Source of the DNA: Camelus dromedarius
Taxonomy: Eukaryota
Length of the DNA: 64,000 nt
Direction: 5' to 3'
Assembly: GCF_036321535.1 (NCBI RefSeq)
Contig: NC_087436.1
Coordinates: 67,396,001 to 67,460,000, forward strand
Under the pieces are notes generated by a model. It saw nothing but the letters and a program-made list of their open reading frames with translations. It was not told where the DNA came from and did no database searches. Below are positions 1 through 12,449 of the stretch, piece by piece (the stretch's first letter is position 1; each line of letters begins with the position of its first letter). A program made the position numbers and the translations under genes.

Positions 1-1668
1 GAAAGACTCTGCAACCACAGAGTAGTATATGTGTCTTTCCTTCATATACCCTAAAGGCATTCTTCACTCATGTGTACCCTATGCTGGGGAAAGGGGAATA
101 ACAGACATTTTAATAACTACTGAAAACAGGGTCTCAGATGATACTAATACTCAGACTCTAAACATTATCATAGTTCTCAGAAAAAATGCTGGCATATTAG
201 AATCATGTACAACATGAAGGCCTGGCTAAAGTCTCATCTACAGTGAGCCTCCAAGTTACACATACTCATTTGTTGGTCAGTTCCCAAAACTCTGAATATG
301 TAATTGAGATTGACATACTTGGCAGTTTAAGCAGCCTTTGTATGTATATATTTTTTACTGAAGTATAGTCAGTTTACAATGTTGTGTCAATTTCTGGTAT
401 ACAGCATAATGCTTGTCATACATGAACATAAATTTATTCTTTTTCATATTCTTTTTCACCATGTTACTACAAGATATCAAATATAGTTCCCTGCACTATA
501 CAGCATGAAATTGTTTATCTATTCTATATATATCAGTTAGTATCTGCAAATCTCTCACAATTTATCCCCTCCAACCTTCCTCCCACCCTGGTAACCACAA
601 ATTTGTTCTCTATTCTTAGAGTCTGTTTCTGCAAAGCAACCTTTATATTAGGCTCTTGGTCTGTGAAGTAAACCTATTATAGTGAGAAAGGTCAAATGGG
701 ACCTTCTGAAACCTCAACTTCCAAGGGAGTAAATGAAAAAAAAGTAACAGCCTTGTGTGTGGGCAGGGGCAGGTGAAATGATGTTTAGTCACTTCTAAGT
801 ATCTCAAGAATGCACAGTCGTTGTCCTTTATAATACCTTCATTTACTTTGCCAGTCTAGAGAATTCTGGAGAATTCCTGTGGATTACTGCAAGCTCAACC
901 ATGTGATAGCCCCAATTTCAATAGCCAGGATACATTTAGTATCTTTATTAGAGCAGCTTAATACAGTCTGAATACATGGGATGTGGCCTTTGATTTGGGG
1001 GGGGGGGGGTGTTTATGTTCAATTTCAGTGAAGAAGGGTGGACTGAAACACTTCTCATTCATGAGGCCCACAAATGGAGCATCAGTGGTGGCAGCAGTAG
1101 AGATTGCATGGGCCCATCAGCATGGGTTCCTACTTACCAAGGCTTATCTAGTTATTGCGTCTTCTGAATGCCCAACATGCCAGCAACAGAAACAAATGAT
1201 GAACCCTTGATATTACCATTCCTCAAAAGAACCAACTAGCTACCTGGTTGTAAGTTTGCTTTACTGGGTCCCTCTCATTTGAAAGGGCCTGCAATTTGTT
1301 CTCGAAACAATAGGCATCTGTCCTGGGAATGGGTTTGTATTTTCTGCTGAAAGTGCCTCAGCTGGTACCACTGCCTAAAGACTTAAAAGGGCCTCATTCC
1401 TGGGCACAGGATTTTACACAGGGGAATTGCATTCCTTTGGGAATGAAAATATGTGACACTCCACTAGGTAAGTCACCAAAACCAGCAAAAATATAGCTGA
1501 GGGGGAAGGAACTTTGGAAGGAATATTGAAGGAAAAAGGTGGCGAGTAGTAATTAAGGCCTTCTAACTTCTAAGTCTCCCCTTAGGAAATGAGGGCCACT
1601 AGAAACCTGTTGGAGTTTCTCTCCATATGCATATGAAGAAGTGGGTCCATGCATCATAAACGTTGATC
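1..1668 (+). mobile_element. Degenerate ERVL-class endogenous retrovirus internal region (protease/RT/integrase remnants; ERV3-16A3_I/LTR16-type)
   Basis: Decayed ERVL pol motifs: 'IEIDIL' (~302-320, cf. IGIDIL), 'WRIPVDYCKLNHVIAPI' (~867-920, cf. WRMTVDYRKLNQVVTPI) and 'AWAHQHGFLLTKAYL...SECPTCQQQ' (ORF 983-1210, integrase zinc finger). Many stops and frameshifts. Confidence 0.85.
344..633 (-). mobile_element. 5'-truncated LINE-1 3' tail inserted in the ERVL
   Basis: T-run then GAAGTATAGTCAGTTTACAATGTTGTG (antisense L1 3' end). TSD AAGCAGCCTTTGTAT (329-343) / AAGCAACCTTTATAT (634-648). Confidence 0.9.
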
Positions 1669-2114
1669 TGTGGCAGCCCCGGAAGTGCACCACTCAGTTA
1701 TCCCTTCAAAAAAAGAACCTGCCTCCAGCTCCAGCAATTTGAGAATCTTCTGCTGCTTTCTATCAAGGCCAGGCTCTTCAGAGGGAAGCCCAGGCAGTAG
1801 ATGAGTGCAGCAGGAGTACTGAGGCTTGGCCATTTCTTGGCAGCACCAGGCTCCTTTAAGACCACCTTTGTTCTAGAGCTCCCTGTTTTGGGGCAGAAAC
1901 CCTGTTAGATCTTCATCACAGCCTAAGGTTCTCTCTGCGTTCTCCACCTTAACCCCTTCTCTATCACAGGTGCCAGATCAGAGTTGCTACCTGAAGCCTT
2001 TCACTGAAAAACCCTGCTTCCTCCCCCTTAGTTATTCATGGGTATTACCCCAAGTGGACCTCTTGCACCCCTAACTCCAACTCAGTATATCCCTGAATAC
2101 TTTGAACTGATACA
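1669..2114 (+). mobile_element. ERVL 3' LTR, LTR16-like
   Basis: TG...CA termini (TGTGGCAGCC...GATACA) directly after the pol remnant. LTR16-like motifs ATCCCTTCAA and CTCTTGCACCCCTAACTCC. Confidence 0.7.
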
Positions 2115-5100
2115 GTTGTATGTGCACAATATCTTTGTGTTGATTCAGTCTTATAAGTTCATCTCATGTTCCAATAATGTCAGTTTCCTTACCATAAGTG
2201 TCATTTCTTGAATCGCAAATACAATGATGTGACTTGTTTTCTGAAATCCTTTCAATATCTTCTCTAAACTCAAAAGTTTTATGTGCTTTTCAGTATAGGG
2301 TAAAATGAAGATAGTGTGTGTCCATAGTTAAAGCTCCCGGGTCATCATGACATATCTTTTGCAAATCTGTTTTACTTTAAAGAAATTAAAATTAGAGTTA
2401 CTATTTATGTACTAAGGAATAAATCCAAAATATGGAAAAATCCTAAGGGTAAAGCATGAGTTTTCAAAGAAGTGACATTTTTGTATCAACATGTTCTGAA
2501 CTTTGGGCAATATCCCCAGAGCCAATGTGGTTTGTGTTATCTCAGCTCAGTTTTAAGGGGTACCTTAGAGGAGATATTTGAAAATATGGGGCCAAGAGAG
2601 AAAATCCAAACACTTTAGCTAGGTACACAAAAAAACTCAGCCTTACTCATGAAGGTACACACTTCCTACCATATGTAGCAATAACCCAAACCCATCAAAT
2701 GTTTTCTCTTGTATCTTTGATTTTTCACTTGTGTGTATGTGTTTTTGTTTTTGTTTTTTTTTTTTGTTTTGCTTAGACAATTATTCCATCCAAGGTCTTG
2801 GTAGAAAAGTGCTTTTCATGCCTGTGGCTTAATTCTCTGTGACTTGAACAAGTTCAAAGAATAATTTAGCAGTAGAAAATATGCATGTGTTAATTGGTCT
2901 GAGGCTAGGTAGGATCTCTAAGAACAATTAATGTCTCTGAAACTTATATAACCAATAGGCCTCTGGCTGGTCCCCAAGTTTGAAGGAGATTTTAAGACAA
3001 GAGGGATAATGGTTGAGTCCGCTTCCACTTAGTCACCAGATACTCTGAACAGTAGGTCATTCTCCCAAAACTTTATATTTTCTTTAATTTTCTTCATCTG
3101 TCTTCATGGTCTCTCAGTTGTAACCTCATCTGGTCTATTTACTGCAGAATTCACTGGGCCAATATGTTCTTCTTTGTTACCACAATTGGTAACTCATTTT
3201 CTTTTCTTTTTTATTTTTTTGTGGGCTGTGAGGAGGAAGAAGGGAGAAACCGTTGGGACTTCACTGCAGTAACTGGGTCAATACAGAGGAGAAGGCAGTG
3301 AAGGAAGTACTAAGAAGCATACTTAGGTGTATTATCATTTCTTCTTCTCTGTTCTTAAGAATGTTCTCTCTTCCCTTCAACCTGTTATTGCTTTCTCTAA
3401 TAAAACTTTGACTCCCTGTTAAACTCCAGTCTTGTTTCTTGGATATTCTCTGACAGCATATGTAGCCTGCCTTCTTCAAAACCATTATTTATACTACATT
3501 GAAATTTTAGCTGTTCATCTTCCCAGCCAATCTTGGGGGTGTCCTGTGGAAGACAGAGACTTGACTTCCTTCCTTATCCTCAGTGCTTCATATAGTGCTT
3601 GTCATTTCCTAGATGCAATAAATGAACAAGAGTGTATTTACTACTTGAAAAATACTAAATTGTTGCTACCATTTAAGAAAAAGAAAAAAATATATTTACC
3701 TTAAAATTAACTGCAGGCAAACCAGATAATAAAACTTGATACTGATAACTGTCTGAGAAAGCAGTTAACCTGTATTGAGTGAAGTGTTTTATGCTTTATG
3801 GTTACTTTCACCATAAGATTAATGGAACATTTAAAGTAGAGAACTAAAGGCATGTCTCAAGTGTTTTAGTGTGTTTTTATGTATGAGAATTATTCAAAGG
3901 GAACACAAGGGGAAGAGAAGTTACCATTGAATAAGAGACATAAATTTTAGCCATAAAACAAAGAGACTAATTCAGTTGTGGCGAACTTCTTGTGACTTAC
4001 TGCTTTGGGTAGAAAACCTGGATACATCTAAATGTTAAGTTTTATGTCAAAATCCATTACATTGTGTTTGGCTTTCTCTTTCCATAGGGTAATCAAAGTT
4101 TCTGTTATAAAATAGTGATAAAGGGATGTTGAGAAAAGCCTGTAATGTGTTCACAGTATAGTGATGATTTTCAGAGCTGGGGCTGGCTTCAAGGTTTGTT
4201 CTCGTTTCTAGGATAAAGGAAAAAAAATACATATATACAAATAAATATTTAAAGATGATGAAAGAGAATACTATTGACATATGATTTGTAAAAAATAACT
4301 TTTTAATGAATTCTGGGAAAATGTTCATTATTGTCATGGTCAGTTTGGAATTTCTGGTTATCCTACTTCTAAAATGTGTTATGCACACTTAGAAAAAAGG
4401 GGACATAATAATGACAGTTAACTGTAGTCTAGAGTAATGTGTTGACTTTTGAAGGTATGTTTGAACTCCTTGCCTGGTGGAACCTTGAGAAAGAGACTGC
4501 AATTTATGCAAATAGACAGACTTGCTAAACGATAGCATAAATGAAATTTGAGTATATAAATCAAGGTTTTGAACTGAAGATCCTAAAATCACTGAGTACC
4601 AAAGAGGAATTCAGCTTCCTAGTTACACTTTTCTTTTAAACATTCAGTGTGGTAATTGATTGATTTCTGGCTGTCTTATTTAAAACAATTTATCCACACA
4701 GAGGATATAAGAAGAGTTTCAACAGAATAGCATCTATGAAAGGTTAAGTTTCTTGCTGAAAGTTTTGAGGGATGTCTAGTGAAAACTCAGTAGTTGACTT
4801 TATACATGGAGCAGATCTAGAGGTCTGAAAAGCAAATACTTAGTAAAAAAAAAAAAATACAGCTGTCAAAAATGGCATTTGTATAGGGTGTTGCCTCATA
4901 TTTTCTCCTCCATAAGACTTCAAAAATCTAGTAGCTATCCACCTTAAATTCCACACTTAAAATTTCATATATTAAACAAGTTTGCTGAGTCTATAAATAT
5001 ACCATTACAAATATAAGTATGTTGATCCATATTTAAGTAGATTTTTCATTTTCGTATTCTAGGGTGTTTATGAAAGAACTTTTATCCAGTAAACTTTCAT

Positions 5101-6299
5101 ATTATAGAATATATTTTGTTTGTGAAATCTGTCATTTTGATTTTGAAAGGGATAGTATTCAGGATTCAAATCAGGAGATTTATTTTATCTTTGAAACACC
5201 TTTCTCATCATTCCATTCCCTTCAGTTCTCATCACTGTCACCTTAGCTCAGAACCCCTACCATCAATTAACTGTTCCAAATCTGCAATATCTAGTCTCCT
5301 GACCCAGTTTACTAGAAGCAACTCAGGGACTTTAAATTCTTTACTGTGAGATGGGAAACACTATTCATGAACAGGAAGCTGAAACAATAAATCAGTAACA
5401 GAACACATTTGGGTAGAATGTCCTTTCAAAAGCCACTTACTGCATGACCAATTTTTGACTCTAAGTCTCCTTTTCATTCAGTTTTGTTAACCTCTGTACT
5501 CAACTTTCTCTATGACGTAGCCTGTCATGTTTGTATTTTTTTTAAACAATAATGTTCATTATTTTTTTAAAAAGAACAGAAAACAAGACAGTGAAGAACA
5601 AACAATAGTTTCTACTAACAGTGTGCAGATCACTCTTGATTTGCCACTTGGTTTCATCTCCTTCCAACACTGGATCTGTGATCACCTACTAAGCCCAGTG
5701 CTGATTCTGGACCCCAAACAATAAAGCAGCTAGCTTTACCATTTGACTCATGCCATTCAAAGTGCCCTGGAACTTGTAAGCATTCTCTTCCTTCTATTCA
5801 GCCCATAGCTAGCTGCTTATTTATATTTTTTTTCGTAGAGAGCAGTTGTGAGTATGTCACTGTCAGTCACTCAGTGTTAATCAACATCAAGAGCAGCAAC
5901 AAAACGTGAAAAAAAAACACCCAAAACAGATGTTCTATGGCTTTCCATGTCTACTAGACCGTTAACTGGCAGGATAGATGGGGAATCTTGATGGAGTTAG
6001 AGGTGGCAATCCAAGTGTCTTCCCAATATGAGACTACTTGACTAGGATAATCTGATTTATACACTAAATCAGCTTTCTTCTTATAATGTGTGAAGAATCA
6101 GAATGAAGTTGATATGAATTTAGGAATATTAACACAATATTATAAACTTTTTCTCAAGGTAAACTGCCCAGAAGTCTAAATAGAGTCATTTTAAAATCAG
6201 TATTTCAGTGATTCTTGTAACAACCTACAATTACAGGTCATTGATTCACTAATAATAGTTTTTACATTTTTTTCCCTAGGATCCCTTTAGTAAAATGTT

Positions 6300-7333
6300 C
6301 TCATTGTATGCTCATGAATTATGCTTTTTTGTGTGTCTGCAGTTCTTTTTCTCTCTATTCCCAATGCGAGTTATCCTGCCCCTACCTCTGATCCAAGGCT
6401 TCCAGTATCTGTTAAACTACATGAAGGTGCCTTGATAAAATGTCTTTGATGAAAAGTGACTTCCACTTGACTTTATTAGGCTCTACTCCCCATGTCTGCT
6501 ACCACCTATTCTGAGCATAGATATTTCCGTCAGGCATCATTGCCTCTTCTGTCCATAGACCCACCTTCACTGGGCAGTGCATGCTCTGTCAAACATGAGC
6601 ATTCCCTCCAACAGCTTTTACCACTTCATTCTGTTTGATCCAGCTTGATCTCCAAGGTGTGTCCATCAGGGGATTTAAACCTCTGTAGCTAACAATGCGG
6701 GGTAGAGCATCAAGGTATTCATTTCCAACAAGTGTTGAGGGGCAGCCCCTCCTTCAATACAATACTATGTGTCTTCTTGATGTCAGCTGAAAAGAAATGT
6801 ACAACCTAGAAGTTGAGAGTTATGTTTTATTCCAGGAATATGCTGAGGACTGGAGCCTGGGAGACAGAATCTGATAGCTCTGAGCAACTGTTGCAAAGAA
6901 GTAAGGAAGGAGCCAGGATACATAGGAGTTTTTACTGGAAAACAACCACCTAGTCAAACATCAAAAGATTACTGTTAACTACAAAAAATAGACACTTCCA
7001 AGTTAATGATTTTAATGTTTTGCTGTGTAAGGGAAGATGCAAGAGTCTGGACTTACTGAAATTACTGAGTTGATAGGCATCTTAACTATCTAGGGCCAGC
7101 ATCCTGTTTTTCTCCATTCTGAATTCTCCTCAGGGCACACCGTCAGGGGTGGCTGCAGTGGCTGATGGCTTGATGGTGGCAACATTCATTATTGCCTGAA
7201 ATGGCAGGCAGCATTTTTTTTTATCCACATAAATAAAGTACATTACTTCTGTATCACATATAAGCACAGCCTGATTACTCTGGCAGTAATGTTACTAAGC
7301 AGTCTTACTGCTAACACTGTTCCACTTGATTAC
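6300..7333 (-). mobile_element. ERVL internal (leader/gag side) remnant, interrupted by a solo LTR
   Basis: GC-richer sequence abutting the 3' end of the minus-strand LTR16-like LTR. Left boundary uncertain. Confidence 0.45.
6781..7229 (-). mobile_element. ERV1-class solo LTR, resembling cetartiodactyl MER41-like LTRs
   Basis: TG...CA ends (TGTCAGCTGAAAAG...ATCCACA). Minus-strand AATAAA near the 3' end (TTTATT at ~6826-6831). ~450 bp and better preserved than its flanks. Confidence 0.7.
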
Positions 7334-7804
7334 TGTGTCAGTAATTCTCTTAGAATTAGATACCTATATCAGATTAGATATGCAAAACTTTAACTGGGGG
7401 AGATGTTGTGAAGGAAAAAGTAGGCAGTTGCTAGAGCAGGTACTGAGAGCTCCAGCCCACAAGGCATACTGACAACTATGAAATGAGAGAGGGGAAAAAA
7501 GGCCTGGCAGAGACAGTCTGACTGTAATACAGTTCTGAGAAGGCCCTGGCCAGGCCCATGTGGAGTCCATGAACAAAGTTGTCCATGATAGGAGTCCTGA
7601 ATCCGACTTGAGTGATTTCATACCCCTCCATCCAACCATGGCCATACACTGGCTGAGAGCCGCCTGGGTGGAAGTCTGGCCTCACTGGTACACTCCAGAG
7701 AGATAGGAGGTGGTGGGTATAAATGAGCTATTCTTGTGTCAGTAGCTTCTCTTGAAGGGGATTTCAACAAGATTCCTTCATGGTCATGGCTATTAATGAC
7801 CACA
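7334..7804 (-). mobile_element. ERVL LTR, LTR16-like (5' LTR of a leftward provirus remnant)
   Basis: Reverse complement begins TGTGGTCA...AATCCCCTTCAAGAGAAG and ends TTGCATATCTAATCTG...TGACACA, the same layout as 1669-2114. Confidence 0.65.
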
Positions 7805-8419
7805 GTTCTATAGGATTCTAAGGCAAAGTAGAGAATGTACATAACAAATACATGATAACTTACCTCCCAATCTCATACTGAAGTGTTCAAATCATTTTTT
7901 TTCTATTTCTACCTACTGCCTTCTCTCCTCTCTGCAAAATCCAGTTATAAATCTGTGAGGACCTAAGGTGAGCACAAATCTGAGTTTCAGGCAATGTAGA
8001 ATACTTACAATTTTTTCCTCCTTCTGATATCTGAAAGTGTTTGGGGGTTAATAGTGTCTGGCAAATCCCAGTTTAGTGGAGACTGGTGCTTTCCTAGGCT
8101 GCTCTTCCACACCTCCTGGAATAAACTCCTTGATCCTTTACCCCTGCACGTTAGCCTTCCAGGTTAGGTTCCCCTGTTGCAAGTAGTTTGAGGATCAGGC
8201 TGGGTCTCCCACTACACGATTATAAAGTAGTGTAGGACAGAAATGAAAGAAATAAGAAGCCACTTTTCTCCATGGATATTGAAGGCCACCAACCCCTTAC
8301 ATTACATTAAATGATTAGCTCTGTTTCAGATAGGAAATTGCTTTAATCTCTATCCTAGTGACGGCTCTAATAGATGAACTGATTGTTCAGCATATATTGG
8401 GTTCCCCCCTCAGTTATAC

Positions 8420-8740
8420 CTTCATGCTTCGTTAATTTTGGCCACAAAGTTACTGTGCCTGACTGTATCCGAAACCATGGCTGGAAGTGATAGAGTGCCA
8501 GTTCCCAACCTTTATCTTATGGCTTTTACTTATTTCTCTGAGATTTTACCTTGACTATGAGAAAAGCAAGCCCCAAGGATGCTGACCCTTCAGACTTGCC
8601 CCAGAATAAGATCTGTGGTGCCAACTCAGACCCACAGAAAGCCTGAAGCAGAGACACACAAACTAACACACGGATGTGAGGTTGAGATATAACTGCCTGC
8701 TTTGCATGCTATGGAAGTTTCATTATGCAGCGAAAGCTAC
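8420..8740 (+). mobile_element. MaLR LTR fragment (old MLT1 subfamily)
   Basis: MLT1-like motifs GGAAGTGATAGAGTGCCAGTTCC, GACCCTTCAG and AGCCTGAAGCAGAG. Confidence 0.6.
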
Positions 8741-11179
8741 TCAGGTAAATAGACTATTGTCCCCAGGGTCATTGGTAAATAAGTCAAGTTTTTTTTTGTA
8801 GACTTTCTTTTTAGCTCTGAGACCCAATACCTGAGCTTCTCTCATGACAGGTAGCCATCTATATTTGCAGCTACATCCTTTCCCACTTGAGCTGCTTTGT
8901 CTCTCAGGCTCGTTTTCTTTGTGATTAGAATGTGTCATAGGAAGTACACACATTAAATAAATTAAAAAACACATAAAATCAACAAGGATAGCAGTCTTCA
9001 TTTCAATTTTCAGTAAGGAGATTTGGTGTGAAAGAGTGAACCTTTATCATATAAATAAATACATACCATCGAGGTAGAATGATTTCCTAAGGTGTGCATA
9101 GGGATGTGAAAGTTAACATATGGCAAACAGCAAACGTCTACTTCTGAATTCAGCATCACTCTCATTTATAGACTTCTATTGAACATTTTGTAGGGAATTC
9201 ATGGAAATGAGGCAGATTGTTAATTTAGGGAATTGACCTACCAGAATTAGAGGAGCATAGGTACCTGAATAAAAATGGATACTGAACAACTGAATAGGGT
9301 TTTTTTTTAAGTTTTTATTGGGAAAATTGCATAAGCTTGAGCAAATATTGTCAGTTCTGCTGATGCTGCCCAGCAAAATGCAAATTATAGCAAGCTATAG
9401 TGATTTTTGAAGGTTGCTGAAATCAATACTGGAGAGAGGTTAGGAGCCTTAAACTAAATCCAATATGTTGATGAACAACAACAAATTTGTAGCTTCGATA
9501 TGACAATTTTTGAGGGCAATTTCGGAGCACCAACTTGTGATCCTCAAATCACGTATAAGTGTGTGTGTGTGTATTTTCATTTAGGTGGCAACATGGATCT
9601 GCCTTGAATATTCCTGTAGTAATGGTATTCTAGGACTTTATTCTATACATCTCATGTTTGTTAATTTTCAATTGCATTGGATCAGTAATAGGTTAAATTG
9701 TACCTTTTCGGTTAAAAGACATCTGCTTAGATTCTTTGTGTGTGTCTTTCTACCTTCATTCTTCTTCTCCAATATTTCCCAGACCCACACCTTCCCAATC
9801 ACAAAACTTTCATTGTGTGGGTAGCACAGCAACCAAGTTCACAAAAGCAGCAGACATTTTAGTTGTCCCTTTGACTAGAATTCTGAGTAAATGTCAGAAT
9901 AGATATAAAAAGAAGGAATTATTATGCTAAACACCAAAAGTAAGTAAATTTTTTGAATACATGCAAATAATTTTATTTCCTAGATGGGGAGAATGATCAT
10001 AAATATATATTTGTAAAGGAAAATATCAATTGCTGATTATGTGTTCTGTTTTTCTTTATTAAAAAAGTCAAAACATAATATCATTTTAAAGCTCTACAGA
10101 TAAAACTGATCTTTTGTTGAATTACCTCAAACCTCCAATATTGGAATTCTTAAGATGTGCATAGATATTTGTTTGCAGTCCTTATGAAAGAGAAGCTTTG
10201 GTTTAGGGTTTTAATTTCAAACTGTGGCAGTAGAAGATACCTTAAAACATCATCTAGTTTCACTCTTTTTAAAAACACTAAAATTAAAAAACCAAACAGG
10301 ACAAACAATGCACATTTTTTTCTTTAGGGTATATTATGTTTGATATTCTGAACTTAAATTAGAGGTATTGGAAATCACATCACATGTAAAAAGCACTGTC
10401 TTTCTGTCTCAGGAACCAAAAAAAAGTCACAGGCAAGAATTAAGGTATTTTTCATTTATCATTAATAAATAAATTTGATCATTTTTTTAACAGAAGGATT
10501 ACTTTTAAGACAGTATCTTTCAGTGAAATCAAAAATGCAGTTTTTACACAGGTAAAGTATAAAGGTGTCACTTTCATTCTGTTATTTATGTTAAATTATA
10601 ATCTTATGAATGGAAAACTTTAATATAAAGATAAATCCCTTATATCATTTTTAAAGAAATGTTAAAATTGACTTAAAAGATATTAATTGGCATGACTATT
10701 AAATAGATGTTATAGTTCAGATTATTTTCCAAAGTTAATATTTTGTATAATATACACTGATTTAAATATGGCACAATATGTTGTGACAAGTCAAGTTATA
10801 ACTGTCTCCTACTTTTAAGAAATTCACTTGATTTGCTATTATCATTTGTAATAATAATAAAAGTAATATCATTCCAGATAGGTTATACTGCACCATCACC
10901 TTGTCAACAATAAGGATTTTTAACAAAAAATCCATGTCAAGAGTGTAGGATTTTTTCTCCTTCCCTCCCTCCTTTCTTTTTTTTTTTTTTGTTTTTCCTG
11001 CTTCTCCCTGCCCTCCCATACTTGTTTCTGTGTCTCTCCTTCCTTTGTCCTTTATTCTCTTTCATTGTTTTCCCTTTGAAAAATTTTTTGGAAATTAAAT
11101 GAATAAGGTATATGATTCTATCACAGCAATCACAAGTCAAATACACATTAAATATTGTGGTTTAACTCATCTTTATTTA

Positions 11180-11960
11180 TAAATTTATTTTAAAACAGTG
11201 TGATGAATGTAAACAGTAAAGAAAACACAAAATGTATGTAATTAAAAAAAAAAGTAAAACCTTTCTGACTTCTCCAAACCCCCATCTGCCCTACTGTTAC
11301 ATGATTGCTATTACCAGTTTTGTGTGTGTTTTCCTACTGTTTATGTGCATGCACCAGCATATAAGTATATTTAGTTTATATTCATGTCTTCATACTTTTC
11401 ATACTCTTCAGCAACTTTCATTTTAATTTATCTTTGAATTCCTTACAAATCAACTTAGAATGATTTTATTTCCCAAGGAATAGAATTTATTTTAGGATAT
11501 GCCATTAATTATTGAAATAATTTTCCTATTGAGGAACATTTGGACTCTTTGTTATATTTTTTAAGGATATTTGTTTGTTCCTCATTAATTAAACATTTCT
11601 CAACTTATTGAAACATGGGTTGCCTCCATTTTTCTCTTAACTACAACTAATATTGAACTGAATATGCTCACATAGGTAGTCTGCCTAGACAAATTCTTAT
11701 TCTGAAATTGCTTTGACATGGCAAGGGTCATGTATATTTGTAAATCTGAATAGATATATAACCGTTTACATTTTTGCATAATAGTTTTCATCTCCCTACA
11801 CTATTAAAAGTATTAAAATTTCAGATTTTAAAATATATTTGCAGTTCTCACAAATTGAAAAATCTTTATCATTGTTTTGATTTGTTCCTTCTACTATGAG
11901 TAGGGATGAAGGTCACTAGCCATTTTTCATTATTTTTCTGTGAAATACCCCTCACAGCAA
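11180..11960 (-). mobile_element. Very old L1 (L1ME-like) 3' fragment
   Basis: Degenerate antisense L1 3' UTR motifs (CCTATTGAGGAACATTTGG, GGGTTGCCTCCATTTT, GAAATTGCT). Confidence 0.55.
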
Positions 11961-12449
11961 CTTTGAATTTTTTTAATAAAAATACGCATTTGGACAAAAT
12001 AAATGTACCAGTGGTGCAGACAGCTAAATTGTGAGAAAATATATTGGGATTAATGTTGCATTTTAGATACCCTGACAGGAATATACTTAGGAAATCTGAA
12101 ACATCGTGAATTCTTAGTCTTACTTCTTCACAGCCTAAGAATGATCTAAATAATAATCAACAGCTTTTATTCCAACAGATATAGTTATAAAATTTATTTA
12201 AATTCTTGAATATGCACACATTTTCATTTAAAGGGAGCATGTCAAAATTACATAATTACTACCTTTTTGTAAATATATAATTGAATGCAGTTTTTTTCTT
12301 TCATTTTAAATTATACAATATATTCAAAGAAAGCTAGATCTCAAATAAAATGAATTCATTTTAGGGACTTTCACATTTTCATCTATTAAAGCTTATTTTA
12401 CTTAACTTCATCACATACTCATTTTGGGAAGAAATTTAGATGAAATCTA

